Positions 9,478 to 17,621 of a stretch of DNA of 64,000 nt are shown here, one piece after another. Source of the stretch: a bacterium (GTDB taxonomy: Bacteria > Babelota > Babeliae > Babelales > RVW-14); assembly GCA_016699045.1 (NCBI GenBank), contig CP064957.1:341599-405598 (forward strand), in the 5' to 3' direction. Each line of letters opens with the position of its first letter. Position 1 is the first letter of the stretch. The position numbers and the translations under genes are program-made. The notes under the pieces are model-generated. The model ran no database searches. It saw nothing but the letters and a program-made list of their open reading frames with translations, and had not been told where the DNA came from.

Positions 9478-10188
9478 TTAAGGCTGCATCATTTTGCCAC
9501 GAATAGTATTATAAACTAATGGCACTTTTCTTGTTTCATTCAATTCAAGATCATACACTTCGCATTGATCAAATGGCAACGAGTAAAAATGTAATGAAAT
9601 TGCAGGCGTATCAAAAACGTTTGCAACCACATGAATACCAGCTGGCCCACCAGCATCCCCTGCTTGCCCAACATTGACAGCCACCTCACTCACCAATTTA
9701 CCCGATCCTTCTGGTTCTTCTTGGTAATCAGTAAATTCAAGCTTTCCATCAAGTACTACAATCCAACCTCTTTGACCTTCGTGCCCATGCACTGGAGTTT
9801 GCTGCCCCGGACCCCAGCACATTAATAAAAGATCATAATCAGCCGTTTTATGAATTAAATTACGCATATACCCTTTATCAGAAAAAAAGGTATAAGGCTC
9901 AAGCTGCGCAAGCGTTGGTGCCTCATTTTCTAATAAACGCAAGACTTCATCAGAAGGAAAACCTTCGTCCAATAATGCATTAATTTTTTCGATAAAGGCA
10001 CTGATTTCAGCACTTGGTTCAACAAAGTCCTGTCCCTTGCCACGTTCTTCGCTACTGACAACTAACTGTTTACCCGTCGAATCAATCGCAGTATAAAAAC
10101 CATCACCATTTTCTTGAGCAAAAAAAGTACCGGACGAACAGAGTGACAATGTTACTAAAAAAAACGATACATATCTGGGAGTAATCAT
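9478..10188 (-). CDS. cysteine dioxygenase type I (cupin) family protein with a signal peptide
   Basis: WGPGQQTPVHGHEG... (the HxH cupin motif) and GIHVVANV..PAISLHFYSLPF closely mirror the CDO motifs IH.V.N....A.SLH.YSPPF. Confidence 0.8.
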   Translation of the reverse strand: MITPRYVSFFLVTLSLCSSGTFFAQENGDGFYTAIDSTGKQLVVSSEERGKGQDFVEPSAEISAFIEKINALLDEGFPSDEVLRLLENEAPTLAQLEPYTFFSDKGYMRNLIHKTADYDLLLMCWGPGQQTPVHGHEGQRGWIVVLDGKLEFTDYQEEPEGSGKLVSEVAVNVGQAGDAGGPAGIHVVANVFDTPAISLHFYSLPFDQCEVYDLELNETRKVPLVYNTIRGKMMQP

Positions 10189-10495
10189 GATAAGCCTTTC
10201 ATAAACAATGAATAATCAAATTTCGAAGTACTACAAATTTATGTACTTCTTAATTAGCGACCTTGGTTGGGATTTTTAAGCCCAAGCACTTTTAAGGCCG
10301 ATTGCTTAACGCGCTCGTTTACTCATTCGCACCCTCCTTCAAATTTGAGTTTTTTAGTAAATAACAATACAACATTAAAGGTCTTTTGCTCGACTTTATT
10401 GTGAATGGTTACTACAAAAAGTAAGTAAGCACGTATATTTTTAATTTTTTCTTCTTTTTCTAATAAGCGCAAGCCTTTTCATTATTATTCCTTTT

Positions 10496-11452
10496 TTAGC
10501 GACCCAATCGTTTATTTTCTTGATAAAGCCAACGAGCAACGGTATCTAGATAAACAGCTTTGTGATGATTTTCTCCTTCAACAGCATGCCCAACTGTCTC
10601 TACAAAGAATTGTTCAGGCAACGCTGTTTTTACTACAGAATGTTGATACTGAACAAAGGGCTGATTTGAAAGAACAAGACACGAACCGGCAAGTGGACTT
10701 GTTTTCAACCAATCAGTAATCGTATCAATAGTCGTTGGTCGCGTTGGCATTCCATCTGATCGCTGCCTCATGGGACTATCAACCATAACAACTGGCACAT
10801 TTCTCATTTCCTTGGGCATCTCTGCCTGGTCATACACCAACACCATCATTTGCATTTCAGTTGTTGGCAGCGTACCTGAAAATTGCCAATCTTTTCTGAT
10901 TGGTAAATCAATATTTTCACGATCTAACAATGCATCCAGCCCTTCAAAATCTTTTTCCAAAATACGTTGGCCACCCAATAAGACAAGCTTATCGAAACGA
11001 ATTCCTTGGTTCCACAACGTAATTAAATAACCTAACCGGGTGCGCATTCGTGCCAATGTTGCACCCAAAAGCAACGCATAGTCGTAGTGTTGTTGTGCTG
11101 GCGCTACCTGCGTAATACAACCAAGACGGTCAAGCAGCGATAAGAATTGATCGAGCTGATCAACAACAAATTCAGGCATTTCCCAGCGCTCTTTGCCAAC
11201 CTGCCTCAACCATTGAGCTTGTGTTTTTGTTACTACATCAGCCAACGAGCCATCATGCTGAATATTCATCAAATCAAGCAATGACAATAAATCTGTATTT
11301 AGCTTACCAGCCGAGTCAAACACCGATGGGGACTTGAAAGGCTGAACGCTTTCATTTTTAACATCATCAACATTTTTTTGCGCAAAAAAAGTACACGAAG
11401 AACAGAGTGACAACGTTACTAAAAAAAACGATAAAAATCTGGTAGCAATCAT
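10496..11452 (-). CDS. secreted hypothetical protein, possibly DUF218/YdcF-like
   Basis: Its signal peptide is almost identical to that of 9478..10188. ALLLGAT...R....L....G.....LVLLGGQR and ...TRPTTIDTI...LVLSNQPFVQYQH loosely follow the DUF218 pattern. Confidence 0.35.
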   Translation of the reverse strand: MIATRFLSFFLVTLSLCSSCTFFAQKNVDDVKNESVQPFKSPSVFDSAGKLNTDLLSLLDLMNIQHDGSLADVVTKTQAQWLRQVGKERWEMPEFVVDQLDQFLSLLDRLGCITQVAPAQQHYDYALLLGATLARMRTRLGYLITLWNQGIRFDKLVLLGGQRILEKDFEGLDALLDRENIDLPIRKDWQFSGTLPTTEMQMMVLVYDQAEMPKEMRNVPVVMVDSPMRQRSDGMPTRPTTIDTITDWLKTSPLAGSCLVLSNQPFVQYQHSVVKTALPEQFFVETVGHAVEGENHHKAVYLDTVARWLYQENKRLGR

Positions 11453-11526
11453 ACAAACCTTTCATAACAATCCAACAAGTCTACGCTGGCATCGTACACC
11501 AAATCTTTTAATCGTTAAAGAAATTC

Positions 11527-13128
11527 TTACCCGTGAATACCACGCAAAGCCTTCTGTACTATTTCTTGATGCTGGGCATGATGATCAGTAGAATCACGCT
11601 GTACAAAAACATGCTGATAATCACGCTCAAGCTCTTGGCCAATACTCATAATTTCAGCAAAAAAATCATCCACATCTTCATACGTTAATGCTGGGTTTAC
11701 CATGGTCAATCGCAACACAATGCGCTCTTTAATCCAGGCATAATTAATCATCCAACGTCCTCGCTTAACTAAGCGTTTACGGAGTTCAACATTAAAAAAA
11801 TCAATGTCTTTTCTGTCATGCTCATTATCATAAGACAAATACGTAGGAACATATTGAAAACAAACCGGCAACCAATCTGATAGACACATTAAAAATAAGC
11901 GTGGGTCTTCTTGAATCACGCAACACGCATACGTCGCCAAATCAACCAAGTGATCAATTTTTTGTTCATAGCCTTGGTCACCATACGCTTGCCAATCGAG
12001 CCATAGCTTAAGCGCATCAACCCGTCGGCCACATTGCAATGAAAAATGGCCAAGATCAAAAACATTGGTCGCTTCGTGAAAGATATATTCTGTTCCACTC
12101 ACGTTATTAATATCACGCAAAATACCTTCTTTATTAAATAAAATAACCGAGCACATAAGCGGCACCGATAACACTTTATGAAAATCCCAGGCAACCGAAT
12201 GAGCCTGCTCAATACCCGCCAACAATGCACGCCGCGTTGGTGATAAAAGATTAGAACCGCCAAACGCCGCATCAACATGCAACCATAAATCATACTGTCG
12301 TACCAGCGGCACAATATCAGCCAATGGATCAATGGCTCCAAGTACCGTGGTACCAATTGTAGCCCCAACAAAAAAAGGAATTTTACCATCATCAAGCGCT
12401 TGTTGAATAGCCGCTTCAAGCTTATCAACGCACATCCGTCCGTACTCGTCTGAGGCTACCAACACCACATTGTCTTCGCCAAGCCCCAAAACATGCGCTG
12501 CTTTTTTAAATGAATAATGCGCTTGATCTGAAACAAAAATCACTAACTCATCGCGCCGATGATACAGTCCTTCTGCTTTTACGCGTGGCAAAAAGGCGTT
12601 GCGCGCCGCCAAAAGCGCAATCAAATTAGCATTGCTGCCACCCGTCACAAACGTACCTTCTCCATTTTCAAAACCAACTAATGAACACAATTTATTCAGC
12701 AAGGTCGCTTCAATCAGCGTTGCTACCGGCGCCACTTCATACGTATACATCGAGGTATTTGAAAACACTGCCATAACCTCACCCAGCATAGCTGCTGGCG
12801 ATGAGCCTGAAAATGTTTGATTACAAAATTTCTTATGATTTGTTCTCACGCTATATTTTAAATAGTGAGCCATCAAATCAAGTAATTCATCATCCGTTTT
12901 TCCCATAAAACCAATACGAAAATCAATTTTTTTCTGCAATGCTGTAGGACTGAGCGGCACGACAACTGGCATATTGTCTTTTTCGTTACTAACAAAATAT
13001 TCGTAGAAAAGTTCACAGGCCCGTTCGAAAAAAACATCTTGTTCAGCTCGCAAAGATACCGAAACAACTAAGCCAACCAATACAAAAATTATAATTTTTT
13101 TGTTGAACATATAATACTCCTCATCCAA
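11527..13128 (-). CDS. group II PLP-dependent decarboxylase, GAD / cysteine-sulfinate-decarboxylase-like
   Basis: NTSMYTYEVAPVATLIEATLLNKL, GGSNANL, HVDAAFGG and the PLP-lysine motif DFHKVLSVPLMCS parallel the animal GAD/CSAD motifs (FTYEIAPVF, NPHKM..VPLQCS). A hydrophobic N-terminus suggests the likely start is MFNKK at 13110. Confidence 0.85.
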   Translation of the reverse strand: MDEEYYMFNKKIIIFVLVGLVVSVSLRAEQDVFFERACELFYEYFVSNEKDNMPVVVPLSPTALQKKIDFRIGFMGKTDDELLDLMAHYLKYSVRTNHKKFCNQTFSGSSPAAMLGEVMAVFSNTSMYTYEVAPVATLIEATLLNKLCSLVGFENGEGTFVTGGSNANLIALLAARNAFLPRVKAEGLYHRRDELVIFVSDQAHYSFKKAAHVLGLGEDNVVLVASDEYGRMCVDKLEAAIQQALDDGKIPFFVGATIGTTVLGAIDPLADIVPLVRQYDLWLHVDAAFGGSNLLSPTRRALLAGIEQAHSVAWDFHKVLSVPLMCSVILFNKEGILRDINNVSGTEYIFHEATNVFDLGHFSLQCGRRVDALKLWLDWQAYGDQGYEQKIDHLVDLATYACCVIQEDPRLFLMCLSDWLPVCFQYVPTYLSYDNEHDRKDIDFFNVELRKRLVKRGRWMINYAWIKERIVLRLTMVNPALTYEDVDDFFAEIMSIGQELERDYQHVFVQRDSTDHHAQHQEIVQKALRGIHG

Positions 13129-13205
13129 TCTTTTTTTAAAACTATTGATCTATCGCTTTTAAAAGCGGTAATGTTTAATAATACGTTTTAAATTGAAAGG
13201 CTGTC

Positions 13206-14438
13206 ATGAAGCAATATTTTGTCTACTTAGCAATTCTTTTTGTTTGTTTCAAGACTCTTTTGAGTACACCCCACCGGCGCCACGTCATCAACAATCTTTT
13301 ACGAGAAACGATTACTCTTACAACCAAAGAGCAAAATCATGTAGCTCCGGACATTAGTTTTCTTTTTTTAGATTTTAAATATAACAACGGCAATCTAAAA
13401 ATTTGCGAGCTTGGCGCGTCTACTCATGCAGGGCTTACCGACTCAAAAATTTTTGTAAACGGCAGACAAGAAAGCATGGTATCTCCCTATTGGGAAGTTT
13501 TATGGCCATATTTGGCAAAGTTCAATGTTCCCGTTTGGTTTGTTGGCTGGATTGCAGAAAAAGACCGTATGAATTATGGATCATTCAAAGCATTGGGCGG
13601 CAAGTACGCCAAAAGTTTAAAAAATTTAGAAACAAAATTACTCTTTAAAAAACATACTACAAAAAAATTGCCGGCACATGCTGCAATTGAAGATTATGCA
13701 GGTATAATCATTTACCGTCGTCCTCGCGGCGAGACATACCGCAATCGACAAGCATTTTGCAAAAAATATCCAAATTTTTTATTGCTCAATGACGCTTCGC
13801 GTTCTTATACCGCTAAAAATGCTACCGCTCAGCTTTTGGAAGAAAACGACTTACATGATTTTAAACCAATATGGCATACGTATCCCAAACAATATACCGC
13901 CAATCTTGCGCAACAAATTGCACGCGATATTCCCGGTGATATTGTAGTAATCAAGCCAGTCAAATCAATGCAAAGCCGTGGCGTAAATATTATAAAAAAA
14001 GTGGAGCTCGATGAACACCTCAAACTCATTTTACGCGATACTGATACTATTTCAGCACATGCTCACCGTTCGCTCAGCCATTGGAAACGTGACCGCAGCA
14101 AAGATTTTATTGTAGAAGAATTTGCTGAGTCACACCTCATTACACGCAACAACAGGCGCTATCAACCAACCATGCGCATTGTCTTTGGCTTAACACACAA
14201 TAAAGGTGTTATTTCGCTAAATATCTTTGGTGGCTTTTGGAAAATTCCTCTCAAATCAGTTGATGATTTTAGCGCTTCGTTAATTGAAAAAAATGTAACT
14301 ATTCCTTTTCAAGGCCCTTTTTATGTTGGCATTCCGATAAGCCAACGCGATATGGTTGACGTTAAAAAAATACTTGGCTCCTTATTGCCAACAATGTATT
14401 TAGGAATGCTTAATGCACGCGAGGAACATAACCAATGA
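13206..14438 (+). CDS. secreted protein, paralog family member 1 (ATP-grasp / TTL-like motifs)
   Basis: Has a signal peptide. Family motifs present are DFKYNNGNLKICE, PVWFVGW, YAGIIIY, YPNFLLLN, VVIKPVKS..SRGV, FIVEEF, YQPTMRIVF and FWKIP. Confidence 0.6.
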   Translation: MKQYFVYLAILFVCFKTLLSTPHRRHVINNLLRETITLTTKEQNHVAPDISFLFLDFKYNNGNLKICELGASTHAGLTDSKIFVNGRQESMVSPYWEVLWPYLAKFNVPVWFVGWIAEKDRMNYGSFKALGGKYAKSLKNLETKLLFKKHTTKKLPAHAAIEDYAGIIIYRRPRGETYRNRQAFCKKYPNFLLLNDASRSYTAKNATAQLLEENDLHDFKPIWHTYPKQYTANLAQQIARDIPGDIVVIKPVKSMQSRGVNIIKKVELDEHLKLILRDTDTISAHAHRSLSHWKRDRSKDFIVEEFAESHLITRNNRRYQPTMRIVFGLTHNKGVISLNIFGGFWKIPLKSVDDFSASLIEKNVTIPFQGPFYVGIPISQRDMVDVKKILGSLLPTMYLGMLNAREEHNQ

Positions 14439-15790
14439 AAATAAATTTTTTTTTATTATTGCTTCTTTTTTTTGTAAATAAATCTTTTGGGGTTGTCCAT
14501 GAGTTGTTCGATGCTTACAATCAACCACTCAATCAACACGAAGAACAATTTTACACGCCACCAACATCAACAACCGAAAAAGATACTCTTTCTTTTGACA
14601 ATCAGGCCATTGCATCAATTCTCAAAAGAACAGTAACCATGCCCCTTGATTCTTCTGTCACCAACCAACCAAGCATCGCTTATTTTTGTGCCGATATAAA
14701 ATATAACAAAGGCACGCTAAAAATTTGTGAACTCAACCCCGTACCAGGTATTGCAACAAGCAAATATAACCTCTTAATTGATGATAAAAAGTATTTTGTT
14801 TACAGTCCATTCTGGAAGGTATTTTGGCATTACGTAAAACAATTTGATATACCGGTTTGGTTTGTAGGGCCAATCTACAAACCAGAAGCTCTCGAATTTG
14901 ATAGTTTTTTTGAACAACATTATGCATATCATAAAAATTTGGACGAGCTTATCCAAGATCCTCTGTTTATCAAACAAAGCAAAAAGAATATTACCGATAA
15001 ACAAGCACTCAGTAATTATGGTGGGTTAATTATTTATACCTCACCATTTGGTGCAGACCTTCTTAAATCAAATGCGATCGTTGATAAATTTAAAGCATAT
15101 TATCCAAATTTTTTATGGCTTAACGATGTCTCACAATGGTTTACCGGCAACAAAGAACTCATGTCCCGTATTTTCTTAAAACCTGAACTTCAACAATTTA
15201 AACCACGCTGGAAAACTTATACAAAAAACTATACTCCAAATTTTGCTGAAAAAATTATCAATGATTTTGATTGCGAAATGTACGTTTTTAAACCAACTAA
15301 TTCAACATGGAGCACGGGCGTCACCATTGTCCCCCAAAAGGATCTTGACACAACGCTCAATCTACTTTTTGATGCGTCACAAAAAAATAAAACAACTGGC
15401 AAAAAAAATCTTGATTATTGGAAAACAGACAAAAATAAGACCTTTATCGTGGAAGAATTTATACAGTCACAAACACTGACGATCAATGGAAATGACTACA
15501 ACCCAACACTCCGACTCGCTTTTGTGGTTACCCACGAGCGCAACACGATCTCAATGACATTACTGGGCGGAGGTTGGAAAACACCTCAAATACCACTCAG
15601 CCAAGAAGGTGATTTGATCAAAAAACACATCACTCTCGGATTACCAGGTGAATATTGTGGACAAGTAATAGACCCTGAAGATTTTGCCATGATGCAAACT
15701 ATTATGAACAATGCCGTACCAAAAATTTATACTGAAATGCTTAAAAATTATGCGCGCACCAAACAGGACTATCAAGCCAAGAGCTTATGA
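14435..15790 (+). CDS. secreted protein, paralog family member 2 (ATP-grasp / TTL-like motifs)
   Basis: ATGA overlap with member 1. Motifs present are DIKYNKGTLKICELNPVPG, FWHYVKQFDIPVWFVG, YVFKPTNS, FIVEEF and YNPTLRLAF. Confidence 0.6.
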   Translation: MKINFFLLLLLFFVNKSFGVVHELFDAYNQPLNQHEEQFYTPPTSTTEKDTLSFDNQAIASILKRTVTMPLDSSVTNQPSIAYFCADIKYNKGTLKICELNPVPGIATSKYNLLIDDKKYFVYSPFWKVFWHYVKQFDIPVWFVGPIYKPEALEFDSFFEQHYAYHKNLDELIQDPLFIKQSKKNITDKQALSNYGGLIIYTSPFGADLLKSNAIVDKFKAYYPNFLWLNDVSQWFTGNKELMSRIFLKPELQQFKPRWKTYTKNYTPNFAEKIINDFDCEMYVFKPTNSTWSTGVTIVPQKDLDTTLNLLFDASQKNKTTGKKNLDYWKTDKNKTFIVEEFIQSQTLTINGNDYNPTLRLAFVVTHERNTISMTLLGGGWKTPQIPLSQEGDLIKKHITLGLPGEYCGQVIDPEDFAMMQTIMNNAVPKIYTEMLKNYARTKQDYQAKSL

Positions 15791-17116
15791 TTTGTTTTGT
15801 AACATTTTCAAATAAACTTCAGGCATCATTTTTTTTAGAAGAGTTCGAACACCCTTCATATCTGCAGCTGAAATTTGAATACCTCTCAACTTATTATTAC
15901 TGGTGGGCACCGTCTTATGCTTGTCAGTAAAGGTACCATCTTCGATTAAAGATTTTGGCGGCACCTTCCAAAAGCCCGGCAATATGGTTGTATAAATGGT
16001 ACCGTTGTCGTAGCGCATAATACAAAACACACGCATGGTGGGATCATATGGCTGGTCGTAAACCGTGATCGTTTTTGACTGACAAAACTCTTCTGCAAGA
16101 AAAAATTTATTTTTATCGCCTTTCCAATATTCATACGTACTCGATTCTTTGGGACGATGATTAAAAGCATAACGCTTGGCATCAAAAATAGTTCTTAAAG
16201 TAGCATCCAATTCTGCGTAATGCACAATGATAACACCATTACTGCGGCCAGAATTTAATGGCTTTATTACCACATACTCACTTTGTAAATTTTTTATAAT
16301 ATCGCCAGCCAATCGTGAAGTATAAAGCTTTTTATGCAAACCCCAACGTGGTCTAAACTGCTCTAAAACAGGACCAATAAACAATTCTCGCGTTCGTTTT
16401 TTACTAGCCGCAAAAGATGTTGAATGTTCATCTAAAATTAAAAACTGTGGATACTGTTTTTGAAAAGCTTTAAGAGCCTGATTATTTTCTAAAAAACGAT
16501 CGTCACGATACCCATAAATAATTAAACCCTGATAATCCTCAAAATGATCAATTTTCATATTTCGTAACTGCTTACCATCCAGAAGGCATTCCATAAAAAT
16601 TACATCATTTTTTAATTCAGCAAGACTGGCAGCATACCGACCACCCAAACGCAAAAAGTCATCCCAATAAAGCTTTTCTGATAACGTAATGCTGTGATCA
16701 CAAATAACATTTTGTTGAGGATCTTTGCCAACATACCAAATGGGAATATTAAACTGCCGCATGTAATGCCAAAAGAAAATCCAGTATGGCGCATTTAATA
16801 CGGTCGGTACCTCATTGACCAGCGCCTCACTTCTCAACGCCGAAGCATTTTTTGCTTCAACAAATTCGCATACTTTCAAAATCCCTTCGCTATATTTCAA
16901 ATCAATACCAATAAACGAAATATCAGCTTTCAATTTCTCTTTTACTCGAGCATTAATTTTGGTAACAAGCGTATCGTTAAGTAACGCTTTCATGTGAGCA
17001 GGAAATAGCTGCTGGGCGCTTGCATACAAATCTACAAAAAAATTACTTGCTAAAAAAACTGACCAAAAAATCGCTATACATAAAACCATGGCCATACTCC
17101 TTTTGATGATTGACAA
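15785..17116 (-). CDS. secreted protein, paralog family member 3 (ATP-grasp / TTL-like motifs)
   Basis: The same motif series is present: DLKYSEGILKVCE, FWHYMRQFNIPIWYVG, YVVIKPLNSGRSNGVIIV, FLAEEF, YDPTMRVF and FWKVPPKS. The listed start is TTG. An AAGGAG motif precedes ATGs at 17095 and 17089, which are likelier starts. Confidence 0.6.
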   Translation of the reverse strand: MSIIKRSMAMVLCIAIFWSVFLASNFFVDLYASAQQLFPAHMKALLNDTLVTKINARVKEKLKADISFIGIDLKYSEGILKVCEFVEAKNASALRSEALVNEVPTVLNAPYWIFFWHYMRQFNIPIWYVGKDPQQNVICDHSITLSEKLYWDDFLRLGGRYAASLAELKNDVIFMECLLDGKQLRNMKIDHFEDYQGLIIYGYRDDRFLENNQALKAFQKQYPQFLILDEHSTSFAASKKRTRELFIGPVLEQFRPRWGLHKKLYTSRLAGDIIKNLQSEYVVIKPLNSGRSNGVIIVHYAELDATLRTIFDAKRYAFNHRPKESSTYEYWKGDKNKFFLAEEFCQSKTITVYDQPYDPTMRVFCIMRYDNGTIYTTILPGFWKVPPKSLIEDGTFTDKHKTVPTSNNKLRGIQISAADMKGVRTLLKKMMPEVYLKMLQNKS

Positions 17117-17186
17117 CAGTGACCGGTTTATGATATTAAAAAAACTTTATTCAAATCAATAATCTTAAAAAGATTGGTACAAAATA

Positions 17187-17621
17187 ATGATTAATCCACA
17201 AGGACTTTTAAATAAAGCACATGAAGCTCAAAAAAACGCCTACTCACCATATTCCAACTTTCAAGTTGGCGCCGCCTTACAAACAAAAGATGGATCTATT
17301 TACACGGGCTGCAATATAGAAAATGCATCATATGGCGCAGCAATTTGTGCAGAGCGTGTTGCATTTGTCAAAGCAGTTTCTGACGGACACAAAAATTTTA
17401 AAGCAATAGCTATTGCAGGCTCTCACAACAAACATACCTACCCATGCGGCATATGCCGCCAATTCATGGCAGAATTCGGACTGAATCTGGTCGTTATCAC
17501 CACCGATATGCACACTATTGCCCAACAAGTACTCTCGGATCTTTTACCAAAAGCATTTACTTCTTTTCAGCCGAACCAAGACAATCTTGTAAAAATGAAT
17601 AGTTGCGCACAATCACGTTAA
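17187..17621 (+). CDS. cdd: cytidine deaminase
   Basis: Zinc-binding motifs CAERVA and PCGICRQFMAEF are present, and the length is typical. The C-terminal about 20 codons overlap the convergent gene. Confidence 0.85.
   Translation: MINPQGLLNKAHEAQKNAYSPYSNFQVGAALQTKDGSIYTGCNIENASYGAAICAERVAFVKAVSDGHKNFKAIAIAGSHNKHTYPCGICRQFMAEFGLNLVVITTDMHTIAQQVLSDLLPKAFTSFQPNQDNLVKMNSCAQSR

Noticed and set aside
10306-10326. A very strong SD (GAAGGAGGG) precedes a 6-codon ORF (MSKRAR*) on the minus strand, in the 307-bp gap upstream of the CDO-like gene. Reading through two TAA codons would give a longer basic peptide.
   Set aside because: It is too short to support as a gene. Nothing else in the window suggests TAA reassignment, since TAA terminates many well-supported genes here. 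It may be a chance SD-like purine run or a tiny leader ORF, and the evidence is insufficient.
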